A program made the translations under genes and the position numbers. 64,000 nucleotides of DNA from an uncultured Coriobacteriia bacterium (lineage in GTDB: Bacteria; Actinomycetota; Coriobacteriia; Coriobacteriales; QAMH01), in contig CAOKAE010000002.1 in assembly GCA_948466335.1 (NCBI GenBank), forward strand, positions 28,029 through 92,028, read 5' to 3'. This document shows, piece after piece, positions 1-8,537 of the stretch (position 1 is its first letter; each line of letters starts with the position of its first letter). The notes under the pieces are model-generated. The model ran no database searches, was not told the origin of the DNA, and was given only the letters and a program-made list of their open reading frames with translations.

Positions 1-557
1 GCCGAGAGGTTGGTGATGTCCTGGTTGCCCCTGATGTTGTTCGCGATGTTGTTGTACCAGAGCCCGGCGGCGACGCCGACGCATGCGAGCACGACCACGA
101 GCGCGACGATGATGCCAATCGCGACCTTCTTGCCCCGTGACATGCCACGCTTGCGGCCAACGTAGTTGGTCGGGGCGTACTCGGCGGTGGCTCCCATCGC
201 CTGCGCACGGGAACGCTGCTGGGAAGCCGCGTGGCCCTGCGCGCCCATGCGGCCGTTCGCGCCGGAACGCGCCGCGTAGCCCTGGCGATCGTGATGGGCT
301 CCCGTCTGCGGAACGCGGCGGACGTCGGAGCGCATGTTGGAATGATGCGCCCTGGCACGGGAGTTGTCCCTCGCGTGCGTATGGGCCGGTTCTTGCGATT
401 TATGGCGGCCATCGCCCACCTGGGCGTTGTAGCGGGTGCTTCGCTGAGAGGCGGATTGGGGCCTCCTGCTTGCACCGGAACGACGATTGTCGCGTGCGCC
501 GTGTCTGTTCCTGTTGCCGTTGGCGCGGTTGCGGTTGGATCGGCGATCTTCTCCCAT
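1..557 (-). CDS. membrane protein, 5' part only (gene continues past window start); Arg/His-rich cytoplasmic tail plus one TM helix, LytR-CpsA-Psr-like layout
   Basis: Hand translation of the minus strand from ATG 557-555 stays open to position 1 (MGEDRRSNRNRANG...RGKKVAIGIIVALVVVLACVGVAAGLWYNNIANNIRGNQ). GAGGGG sits 2 nt upstream. It is absent from the ORF track because no stop lies inside the window. The family call is weak. Confidence 0.45.
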   Translation of the reverse strand, partial: MGEDRRSNRNRANGNRNRHGARDNRRSGASRRPQSASQRSTRYNAQVGDGRHKSQEPAHTHARDNSRARAHHSNMRSDVRRVPQTGAHHDRQGYAARSGANGRMGAQGHAASQQRSRAQAMGATAEYAPTNYVGRKRGMSRGKKVAIGIIVALVVVLACVGVAAGLWYNNIANNIRGNQDITNLS

Positions 558-699
558 AACCCCTCGTTTGATCGGGAACACGTTCGAGCCTGGCACGCAG
601 ATGTCCATGCCGGACGTATACGGCTTCGTATCCTATCACTTATTCCAAACGGAGCCTATCGAAGACAGGAAATGTTCAGAAGCGCATCGGGTGACGTGC

Positions 700-2493
700 C
701 TATTCGCCCAACTGTTCGGAATAATCGAGCCATGCGTCCTCGAGCGTCGAAAGCTCGCCTTCGAGTTGCGAGATCTTGGCCTGCTGCTCGCCGAGGGCCA
801 CGAAGTCGGTTCCGTCTATCTCGAGCAGCTCGGCACGGGCCCGCTCGAGCTTGCTGCGAAGCGTCCCCATCTTGCGCTCGACCGACGTGCGCTTCTTCTT
901 GAGTTCGCGCAGCTCGCGCTGCAACGGCACCGCGGTATCAGCGTGCGATGACGACGGCGATGAGCTGGCCTGCTGACCCATCTGCTTTCTGCGCTCGAGC
1001 TCTTCGAGATAGCCGTCCACGCCCCGGGGCATGTGGATGAGCTCGCCATCGATGAGGGCATATTGGTCGTCGGTGACACGCTCGACCAAGTAGCGATCGT
1101 GGCTCACGATGAGCAGCGTGCCCGGCCATGAGTCGAGCAGGGTCTCGAGCTGGGCGAGCATGTCGGTGTCAAGATCGTTTCCCGGCTCGTCGAGGATGAG
1201 CACGTTGGGGCGATCGAGCAAGATGAGCATGAGCTGCAGGCGTCGCTTCTGCCCACCGGAGAGGTCGCGCACTGGGCAGTTGATGTGATCGGACTCGAAA
1301 CCAAGCTCCTCGAGCAACTGTAGCGGCGACATCGTCTTGCCATCGGCCATCTCGACGTAAATCTTGTGGCGGTTGCAGACCTCGCGCACACGATCATCGC
1401 CAAGCCCCTCGAGCTCATCGAGCTGCTGCGTGAGCACGGCAAACTTCACCGTCTGGCCGATTTCGACGCGCCCGTGGTTGGGCCGTAGCTTGCCCTCTAT
1501 GAGCTTGAGCAGCGTCGTCTTTCCCGCACCGTTGGCGCCGAGAATCGCGATGCGCTCCCCTGCCCCGATGTTCCATTCGAGCGGCTTGATGACTTCCCTG
1601 CCACCGAGCTCGACGCTCGCATCACGTATGTGGATGACCTTCTTGCCCAGGCGCGACATGGCCGTGCGACGCAGCTCCACCTTCTTGCGCAACGGCGGCT
1701 CGTCGGCGATGAGCGCCTCGGCGGCCTCGACGCGAAAGCGCGGCTTGGTCGAGCGTGCCGGGGCTCCGCGCGCGAGCCAGGCAAGCTCGCGACGCAGGAT
1801 GTTCTTGCGCTTGGCCTCGGCGACGCGCGCCTGACGCTGCCGCTCCACGCGCTGCATGATGTAGGCGGAATAGCCGCCCTCGAAGGGCGTGACGATGCGG
1901 TCGTGGACCTCCCACATGTCGAGGCACACTTCGTCGAGAAACCAACGGTCGTGCGTGACGAGCAGCAACGCGCCCTCGTTCTCGCGCCACCGGGTCTTGA
2001 GATGCTCCGCCAGCCAGTGAATGCCCTCGATATCCAGATGGTTGGTGGGCTCGTCCATCATGAGGACGTCGTAATCGCCGATGAGCACGCGGGTCAAGTC
2101 GACGCGTCTGCGCTGCCCACCCGACAAGGTGCCGATCTTCGCGTCCCAGTCCAGGTCGCTCACGAGCTCACCGATAATCGCACGTACGCGCGCGTCGCCC
2201 GCCCATTCGTACTCGGGACGGTCGCCGACAATCGCGTGCCCCACCGTGTCCCCGTCATCCAGGGCGTCCTTCTGGGCGAGCATGCCGACCGTAACGTTGC
2301 CCGTGCGAACGACGCGCCCCTTGTCCGGCTCCTCGACACCTGCAAGCAGCTTAAGCAACGTCGATTTGCCGTCCCCGTTGCGCCCGACGATGCCGATGCG
2401 ATCGCCCGAGTTGACGCCCAACGTGAGGGAGTCGAAAAGCCGCGCCGTGGGATATTCGAGCTGGATGTTCTCGCAACCGAGCAGGTATGCCAT
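700..2493 (-). CDS. ABC-F family ATPase (tandem ABC ATPase domains, no TM segments)
   Basis: 597 aa. Two Walker A sites (GRNGDGKST, GANGAGKTT), two signature motifs (LSGGQRRR, LSGGQKRR) and a C-terminal coiled coil. Confidence 0.9.
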   Translation of the reverse strand: MAYLLGCENIQLEYPTARLFDSLTLGVNSGDRIGIVGRNGDGKSTLLKLLAGVEEPDKGRVVRTGNVTVGMLAQKDALDDGDTVGHAIVGDRPEYEWAGDARVRAIIGELVSDLDWDAKIGTLSGGQRRRVDLTRVLIGDYDVLMMDEPTNHLDIEGIHWLAEHLKTRWRENEGALLLVTHDRWFLDEVCLDMWEVHDRIVTPFEGGYSAYIMQRVERQRQARVAEAKRKNILRRELAWLARGAPARSTKPRFRVEAAEALIADEPPLRKKVELRRTAMSRLGKKVIHIRDASVELGGREVIKPLEWNIGAGERIAILGANGAGKTTLLKLIEGKLRPNHGRVEIGQTVKFAVLTQQLDELEGLGDDRVREVCNRHKIYVEMADGKTMSPLQLLEELGFESDHINCPVRDLSGGQKRRLQLMLILLDRPNVLILDEPGNDLDTDMLAQLETLLDSWPGTLLIVSHDRYLVERVTDDQYALIDGELIHMPRGVDGYLEELERRKQMGQQASSSPSSSHADTAVPLQRELRELKKKRTSVERKMGTLRSKLERARAELLEIDGTDFVALGEQQAKISQLEGELSTLEDAWLDYSEQLGE

Positions 2494-2496
2494 GGG

Positions 2497-3384
2497 CTAC
2501 AGGCCTCGCTCGGCGCCCCAGAAAAAGAGGGCGACGGTACCGGGACCCGTATGGCTGCCAATGGTCGTTCCGATGCTATAGATCTCGACCTTGCCGCGCA
2601 TCTTGGGGAAGCGCTCCTCGACCAGGTCTGCCACCGCGCGCGCGTCATCCATGCAATCGCTTTCGCTGATGAAGACCGGGCCATCGTAATCGAGGCCCTT
2701 GTGGGCCGTCTGCTCCATCTTGTCGACGATGCGCTTGACGACCTTCTTCTTCGAGCGAATCTTCTCGCGCGGAATGAGCCTGCCGAGCGAATCCATGTTG
2801 AGCAGGGGGCAGATGCCGAGCATCGTGCCCACAAAACCGCTGAGCGGCTTCACGCGACCGCCCTTGATGTAGAAGGTGAGGTCGGTGGAGAAGAACCAAT
2901 GCCAGTCGTTGAGCTTGTGGGCCTCGGCCCAGTCGTGCACTTCGTCAATGGTCATGCCGTCGGCACGCAGCTCGGAAAGCGCCTGCATGAGCAGGCCGAA
3001 GCCACTGGAGGCGGCCAGGGAATCCACGACGTGGATCGTGCGGTCGGGAAACTCGGCCGAAAGCGTCTGGGCAGCCAGACGCGCGGATTCGACCGTGCCC
3101 GAAATGCCCGAGGAGAGCGAAACATGCAGCACGTCCTTGCCCTGCTCGAGAAAGCCGCGGAAGAACGCCTCGTACTCGCCCGTGCCAATGGCGGCCGTCT
3201 TGGTCTCGGCTCCGTCCTTCATGGCCTGGTAGAACTTGTCGAAGGGGACGGTCTGGCCCAGATCGTCTGCGTATTCGGTACCGTCGATGTAGAAATGAAA
3301 GTAGATGCACTCGAGGTCGAGCTCCTTGACCTTCTCTGGCGTCAGATCAACGGTCGACTCGCAGCTCAGGACATACTCAGACAC
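2497..3384 (-). CDS. DegV family fatty-acid-binding protein
   Basis: DegV-like sequence (SCESTVDLTPE..., GISGT, IGSHTGPG). The preferred start is GTG at 3384, preceded by AAAGGGGG. The ORF-track ATG at 3423 is the alternative. The stop lies 3 nt from the ABC-F start. Confidence 0.8.
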   Translation of the reverse strand: MSEYVLSCESTVDLTPEKVKELDLECIYFHFYIDGTEYADDLGQTVPFDKFYQAMKDGAETKTAAIGTGEYEAFFRGFLEQGKDVLHVSLSSGISGTVESARLAAQTLSAEFPDRTIHVVDSLAASSGFGLLMQALSELRADGMTIDEVHDWAEAHKLNDWHWFFSTDLTFYIKGGRVKPLSGFVGTMLGICPLLNMDSLGRLIPREKIRSKKKVVKRIVDKMEQTAHKGLDYDGPVFISESDCMDDARAVADLVEERFPKMRGKVEIYSIGTTIGSHTGPGTVALFFWGAERGL

Positions 3385-3656
3385 GGAAGCCCCCTTTACC
3401 ATTCGCGACATGGGCGATGCCATGCCTTACGCGTTACATGCGCTTTTGCACGCGTCCTTATATTCTCGCGCATCAACGGGGCCATTTCCAGACTGAAAAC
3501 CCGGGCAATGGGATACGCACATCAGAAGGACAGCGAAAGCACGGCCCCAAAACGCGCAACGCCCGACTATGTCGGGCGTGCACAAAGGAGGGAGTAACGT
3601 GCATAACCTGGAATCCGCCCGCCTCACTGGGGGGAGAGGATTACGAGACCGGCGAA

Positions 3657-3944
3657 TCAGACCAGGTAGATGCTGATGGAATGCGTCGGGCAGGAGTTAA
3701 CGCAACGGCCGCACCCGGCGCAGTTTTCGGGAGACGGCGCCCAGACCTTGAACGCGTCGCCCACCTTTCTCGCACGCAGGACGTCGTTTCGCGGACACCG
3801 GGAGATGCAGTTCATGCATCCCGTGCAGTATTCCTCGGTAATCCTGACGTGCGGGTTGTTCTTGTAGAAGCCCGGAGGCGGTCCGTATGCTCCCACTCCG
3901 GGCTCCCTTCGACGGTGGCGGATGGCGCGGGGGAGGTGCGTCAT
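3657..3944 (-). CDS. small 2x[4Fe-4S] ferredoxin-type protein
   Basis: 95 aa with two CxxCxxCxxxCP motifs (CTGCMNCISRCP, CAGCGRCVNSCP). It lies 24 nt downstream of the Mo subunit. Confidence 0.8.
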   Translation of the reverse strand: MTHLPRAIRHRRREPGVGAYGPPPGFYKNNPHVRITEEYCTGCMNCISRCPRNDVLRARKVGDAFKVWAPSPENCAGCGRCVNSCPTHSISIYLV

Positions 3945-3968
3945 CCGCCATGGACGATAATCGGCTGG

Positions 3969-6644
3969 TTACTTGGTGAGTTCCCAGTTGGACAGGTTCG
4001 CGTAGGCCTGATCCCACACGGTGTCGTGCTTGCCATCGTACTGGTCGACGGGAATCGCGTCATCGGTGCCGTCGGACGGATCGATGCAGGGGTACACCTT
4101 GCAGAGCAGACCGCGCGTGCACCAGGTAGCCGTCATCTGGTCGGCCTTGTCCGGGTCGTCGTCGACAAGCACGTTGCCGGCCGCGTCGAAGACGCCCTGG
4201 CTCCACGGCTCCTCGGCGGGAAGCTCGGGATACCACCAGCTGGGCGGAACCTGGACGACGCCCTCGGGGATGTCCCAGCCCACGTGGGCCTTCTGGCGGA
4301 TGCGGCCCATCGGGGTCTCGATCCAGATCCAGTCACCTTCCTTGATGTGCAGCTTGCGCGCATCGTTGAGGTGCATCCAGGTGTAGGGATAGGGCTCGAC
4401 CGTGCGCGTACCATGACCCGGCGTGCGGAACTCCGAATGGTACAGGGGGCTCACGCGGCCCGAGATTGTGAGACGCAGCGGATACTTCTTGGCCATCTCG
4501 GGGTCACCGAGCGGGGATTCCGGCTCGCGATAGACGGGAATCGGGTCGTAGTCGAGGTCCTCGAGCACCGAGGCGTAGATCTCGGCCTTGCGCGAATTGG
4601 TCGCGAATCCCATGATCTGCCCGTTGTCGAGGCGCTTGGCGTACTTGTAGTACTCGGTGGGATAGGGGAAGTACGTGCCCATGTTGACGGCCTTCTCGTA
4701 GTCCAGGTCGGGAACGCGCTCGACCGTGTACTCGATGGCCTGCTCGTAGGTCTCCCAGGGCCAGTCTTTCTCCTGGCCCATGGCGCAGCCCAGGGCGCGG
4801 AAGAAGTCGTAGTCGACGCGGCGCTCCTCGTAGGGCTCGACGCCACGATCGCCCACGGTGATGAAGTCCATGGAGTCCTCGGACGTGGTGCACAGCGGGC
4901 GCTCCATCCAGTCGCAGGCGGGCATGATGTAGTCGGCCAGCGCCGCCGTCGGCGTCTTCCAGTACTCGACCGAGACGAGCAGCTTGAGGTTCTTGAGGGC
5001 CTTGTACATCTTCTTGGTGTTGGGCGCCCAGGCAAGCGGATTGGATTCCCAGCAGATCATGGCCGTGATGGGATAGGGATCGCCATCGATCATGGCGTCC
5101 ATGACCAGCGAGGGCGAGCAGAGCATCTGATGCAGCATGGGACGGGGGACGCCGAACATCTTGCGATAGTTCTTGTCAATCATCTTGAAGCCCTTCCACG
5201 ACATGACGCGGAAGCGGTCGTTACCGATGAACTTGTCCTGGTTGGCCGGGTCCTGGAGCTCGGACAGCTCGAACTCGGCGTTGCGCACGGGATAGGTCTT
5301 CTCCTTGCCCACGGCGTTGGGGTCGCAGGGCATGCCGACGAACTCGCCGCCGGGATTATCGATGTTGCCGCACATGATGCGCAGGATGGTCTTGGCGATG
5401 CCGAAGCTCGAGGCGTTGGTGCCGTGCTGGTCACCACCGCCCAGACCCCAGATGATGCAGGCCGGGCCATTGGTGGCGTAGAGGTGCGCGGCGGCCTCGA
5501 TCTTGCGAACGGGCACGCCGGAAACCTTGGAGGCACGCTCGGGCGTGTACTCCTCCATGCGCTCGGCGATGGCGTCGAACACGGTCTTGCACTCGACCGT
5601 GGAGCCATCCTTGAGCGTGACGGTGTACGTGCCGTAGAGCTGGGCGTCGACGACGGTATCCTCGGAGGGCGTGTAGTAGCGGTTCTCGTCAGAGCACCAG
5701 CACAGCGGTGCACCCGTCTCGCCGTCCCACACCACGAAGTCCTCGTGCTTGCCGTCGGCCTCGACGTCGCTCGCACGCAGCAGCTTGCCCGTGTCGGCAC
5801 GAACCAGGAACACGGCGTTGGACCAGTACTTCAGGAAGTCCTCGTTGTAGAGCTTCTCGCGGATGACGTAGTGAATCCAGGAGAGGCAGATGATGCAGTC
5901 CGTGTTGGGATAGGGCTGCAGCCACTCGTCTGCCTGACCGGACTCGGTGATGCAGACGGGATCGACGACGATGAGCTGCGCGGGATCGGGCTCGTTGACG
6001 GTCGTGCGGCCGGAGATAACGCGCCAGAGCGGCGCCTCGGGCGCATAGGACTCCTGGCAGCGCTTGCCCCAGTTGACGATCGTGTGGGACTGCTGCGGGG
6101 AGGCCGGCATCATGGACTCGACGGGCCAACCGACCATGGCCATGTTGAGCGTGTAGTTCCAGCACCAGCAGATGGTGCCCGGGTCGATGACGTTGCCGGG
6201 ATTGCCCAGGAGGTTGGTGAAGCGGCTACGCGCCCACAGATGATCGGAGCGATACGTGCCCTCGGAGGCAACCAGCGTCTCGGGGCCGTATTCGTCGATG
6301 AGGGCCTGGAGCTTCTCGGCGATCTCCTTGATGGCCTGGTCGTAGGAAATCTGCTCCCACTTGTCCTCGCCACGCTCGCCCACGCGCTTGAGCGGATGGT
6401 TGATGCGCTTGGGATGGTAATGGAACTTGATCGCACGCTCGCCCTTCTTGCCCAGGCGGTTGCAGAGCACGGACCCTTCCGCGTCGTCGCCCCTGAGCTC
6501 GACGAGCCTGCCGGTCTTCGTGTCGACACCTGCGTAGATGCTGCAGTTCATGTGGCAGAAATGGCAGCGGGTGCGCCGCCAACGAACGCCGTTCTCATCG
6601 ACTGTGTTATTGGGCACGCCGGCCATAGATGGTGTATCTGACAT
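3969..6644 (-). CDS. molybdopterin (bis-MGD, DMSO-reductase-superfamily) oxidoreductase catalytic subunit, no twin-arginine signal
   Basis: About 891 aa. The start is set at MSDTPSMAG (ATG 6644) with GGGAGAG upstream. N-terminal FS0-type motif CHFCHMNC...C. No RR leader is seen by eye. The ORF-track start at 6740 adds a Cys-rich non-homologous extension. Confidence 0.85.
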   Translation of the reverse strand: MSDTPSMAGVPNNTVDENGVRWRRTRCHFCHMNCSIYAGVDTKTGRLVELRGDDAEGSVLCNRLGKKGERAIKFHYHPKRINHPLKRVGERGEDKWEQISYDQAIKEIAEKLQALIDEYGPETLVASEGTYRSDHLWARSRFTNLLGNPGNVIDPGTICWCWNYTLNMAMVGWPVESMMPASPQQSHTIVNWGKRCQESYAPEAPLWRVISGRTTVNEPDPAQLIVVDPVCITESGQADEWLQPYPNTDCIICLSWIHYVIREKLYNEDFLKYWSNAVFLVRADTGKLLRASDVEADGKHEDFVVWDGETGAPLCWCSDENRYYTPSEDTVVDAQLYGTYTVTLKDGSTVECKTVFDAIAERMEEYTPERASKVSGVPVRKIEAAAHLYATNGPACIIWGLGGGDQHGTNASSFGIAKTILRIMCGNIDNPGGEFVGMPCDPNAVGKEKTYPVRNAEFELSELQDPANQDKFIGNDRFRVMSWKGFKMIDKNYRKMFGVPRPMLHQMLCSPSLVMDAMIDGDPYPITAMICWESNPLAWAPNTKKMYKALKNLKLLVSVEYWKTPTAALADYIMPACDWMERPLCTTSEDSMDFITVGDRGVEPYEERRVDYDFFRALGCAMGQEKDWPWETYEQAIEYTVERVPDLDYEKAVNMGTYFPYPTEYYKYAKRLDNGQIMGFATNSRKAEIYASVLEDLDYDPIPVYREPESPLGDPEMAKKYPLRLTISGRVSPLYHSEFRTPGHGTRTVEPYPYTWMHLNDARKLHIKEGDWIWIETPMGRIRQKAHVGWDIPEGVVQVPPSWWYPELPAEEPWSQGVFDAAGNVLVDDDPDKADQMTATWCTRGLLCKVYPCIDPSDGTDDAIPVDQYDGKHDTVWDQAYANLSNWELTK

Positions 6645-6782
6645 GGCATGCTCTCCCTTCTCTTCTACTCTCCAGCCATTGACCTTGATGCGATGTCCTC
6701 GGCAGCACAAACTTTGGCAAGGTTGAACGCAGGCCCCCACATCACACCTGTTGAAAGCAGCATAAGAAGCATTCGTCCCGAG

Positions 6783-6842
6783 AAAAACGCCTTATCAATA
6801 CCAAATCATTGGGTAATGAACGGGGTACCGAAAGGGGTACCG
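6783..6842 (-). promoter_or_regulatory. conserved 60-nt upstream element with three GGGTA boxes at 12-bp spacing (candidate LAL-regulator operator/promoter)
   Basis: Colinear, gap-free match (42/60 by hand count) to 19676-19735. GGGTA occurs at 6811, 6823 and 6835. The element lies about 140-200 nt upstream of the Mo subunit start. Confidence 0.5.
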
Positions 6843-7134
6843 TTCCCAGTACGGGAATAGCTCTCTTTTGCACAAGACCGTGCCTTATCGAGAAATAACC
6901 CATCCCATTACCCTTTTTTTGGGACCGAAACAGACCTAACGCACAAAACGCCCGTCAACTAGCCTGATGTTGCCCTCGGAAATTCCGTGGGTTTGGCAAG
7001 GTGGGCTGCCCTTCATCGGCAGAAAGGCAACAACCGATCATCGTCGCGACAGTGTGCCGCGCGGCGGAATGCAGAAGGATGTTTCTCCCCAAGAAGCGAG
7101 AAGCCTTCTTTGCATTCTCGAGAGAGGGGATTAC

Positions 7135-8448
7135 ATGAGTGTAAATACGACGAGCATAAAGAACTATGGCATCATGGACCGCCAGCTAAATAACAAAGAA
7201 CGCTGGATTTGCTTCTGGGCCTTGTTCTTCTTCGGATTCATGTGCTCATTCAGCTTGTTCAAAGCTTCATCGGTCCTGCCGCAGATTGCGCAGGAACTCA
7301 GCATCGCTCCTGGCGACATCGGCATGGTCATGACGTGCTTCTCCATTGCCGGCCTCATCCTGGCGTATCCGGCCGCATGGATCATGCACACCATCGGCCT
7401 GAAGTCATCCGTCATGATTGCCGCCGTCATCTCCATTATCGGCACCGTGATGGGCTGCTTCGCACCCACTGCCGAGATATTCCTCGTTTCCCGTGCCGTC
7501 GAGGGCGTTGCCTACGGCCTCTTCTCGGTACAAGGCCCCAACCTGCTACCGCGCCTGTTCCCCCAGAAGAAGCTGGGTCTGGTCATGGGCGTCTGGTCGC
7601 TGTGGATGCCCGTCGGAAGCGTCTGCTCCTTCGTCATCACGCCGCTCATGTACGACGCCTTTGGTTGGCGTTCGGCCTGGTACGTGTGCGCCGCTGCCGA
7701 AATTCTGGCGACCATCGGCCTGTTCGTCTTCATGAAGCTGTCCGCCGTGCACGAGAACGAGATTGTCGACGGAGATGTCACGAAGAAGCGCAAGCCGACC
7801 AAGAACTTCTTCTTTGCCGCCATCATGATGCAGGTAGCATTCACCGGTTGGTGCTTCGTGTACCTGTCCAACATCAACGGCCTGTATCCCACCTTCCTTC
7901 AGGAGGTGAAGGGACTGTCCGTCTTCGACGCCTCGATGCTGCCGACCGTTCTGGCGCTTGTGACCATCGCCTTTGGCACGTTTGCCGGCATTCTTTCCGA
8001 CAAGCTCCAATCGCGCAAGACCTTCGCGGTCATCACATACGTCGTCGTCGCCATTGTCATGTTCACGATCGCCTACACCGATGACCCGAGCGACATGGTG
8101 AGCCCATGGGTGACGATGCTCATCATCGGCCTGTGCGGCAGCGTCCTGCCCATGGCAACCCGATCCATCGTGCCTGTCCTATGCCCCGACCCAAAGAAGA
8201 CTGACTATGCACTGGCCACTATGGCTTTCACCACCTGCGTCGCCCAGGTCTTCGGTGTCGTCGCAAGCCAATCGGTCGCGGCCCTGGGCTGGCACGGCAA
8301 CTCCGTGTTCGTGCTCGGCCCGGTTGCCCTCATAGCTGCGGCAATCGTGTTCTTCTGCGTCACGTCCGACAAGAAGGCCATAGCCGAGCTCAAGCATGCA
8401 GCCGACGCAGACGATGCGAATGTTCAGCCCGTCGAGGAGGCCAAGTAA
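7135..8448 (+). CDS. MFS transporter
   Basis: About 437 aa and multi-TM throughout. The start is set at MSVNTTSIK (ATG 7135) after AGAGAGGGGA. It is divergent from the Mo subunit. Confidence 0.8.
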   Translation: MSVNTTSIKNYGIMDRQLNNKERWICFWALFFFGFMCSFSLFKASSVLPQIAQELSIAPGDIGMVMTCFSIAGLILAYPAAWIMHTIGLKSSVMIAAVISIIGTVMGCFAPTAEIFLVSRAVEGVAYGLFSVQGPNLLPRLFPQKKLGLVMGVWSLWMPVGSVCSFVITPLMYDAFGWRSAWYVCAAAEILATIGLFVFMKLSAVHENEIVDGDVTKKRKPTKNFFFAAIMMQVAFTGWCFVYLSNINGLYPTFLQEVKGLSVFDASMLPTVLALVTIAFGTFAGILSDKLQSRKTFAVITYVVVAIVMFTIAYTDDPSDMVSPWVTMLIIGLCGSVLPMATRSIVPVLCPDPKKTDYALATMAFTTCVAQVFGVVASQSVAALGWHGNSVFVLGPVALIAAAIVFFCVTSDKKAIAELKHAADADDANVQPVEEAK

Positions 8449-8491
8449 GATCCAAAAGCTATGTGACGCATAGCCAAGCGAGTTTGACTAC

Positions 8492-8525
8492 GCGGGGCAC
8501 TCGGCTGCACAGCTGGGTGCCCCGC
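8492..8525. terminator. hairpin between convergent MFS and LuxR genes
   Basis: Arms GCGGGGCAC (8492-8500) and GTGCCCCGC (8517-8525). There is no strong U-tract. Confidence 0.4.
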
Positions 8526-8537
8526 ATCTTTGAGCCC

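Noticed and set aside
3417-6641. 1074-aa plus-strand ORF, and similar long ORFs at 1630-3597, 13737-16337, 35655-37052, 37431-39116, 39165-40568, 46862-49069 and 49836-51248
   Set aside because: They are antisense shadows of well-supported minus-strand genes in high-GC DNA. Their translations are low-complexity (Arg/Ala/Gly/Val/Asp-rich) with no motifs, and each overlaps a gene with clear family signatures.
6645-6780. Possible Moco riboswitch in the 5' region of the first Mo enzyme
   Set aside because: Reading the minus strand, I could not find the conserved Moco-motif core elements. Only a vague GCCGAGG resemblance is present.
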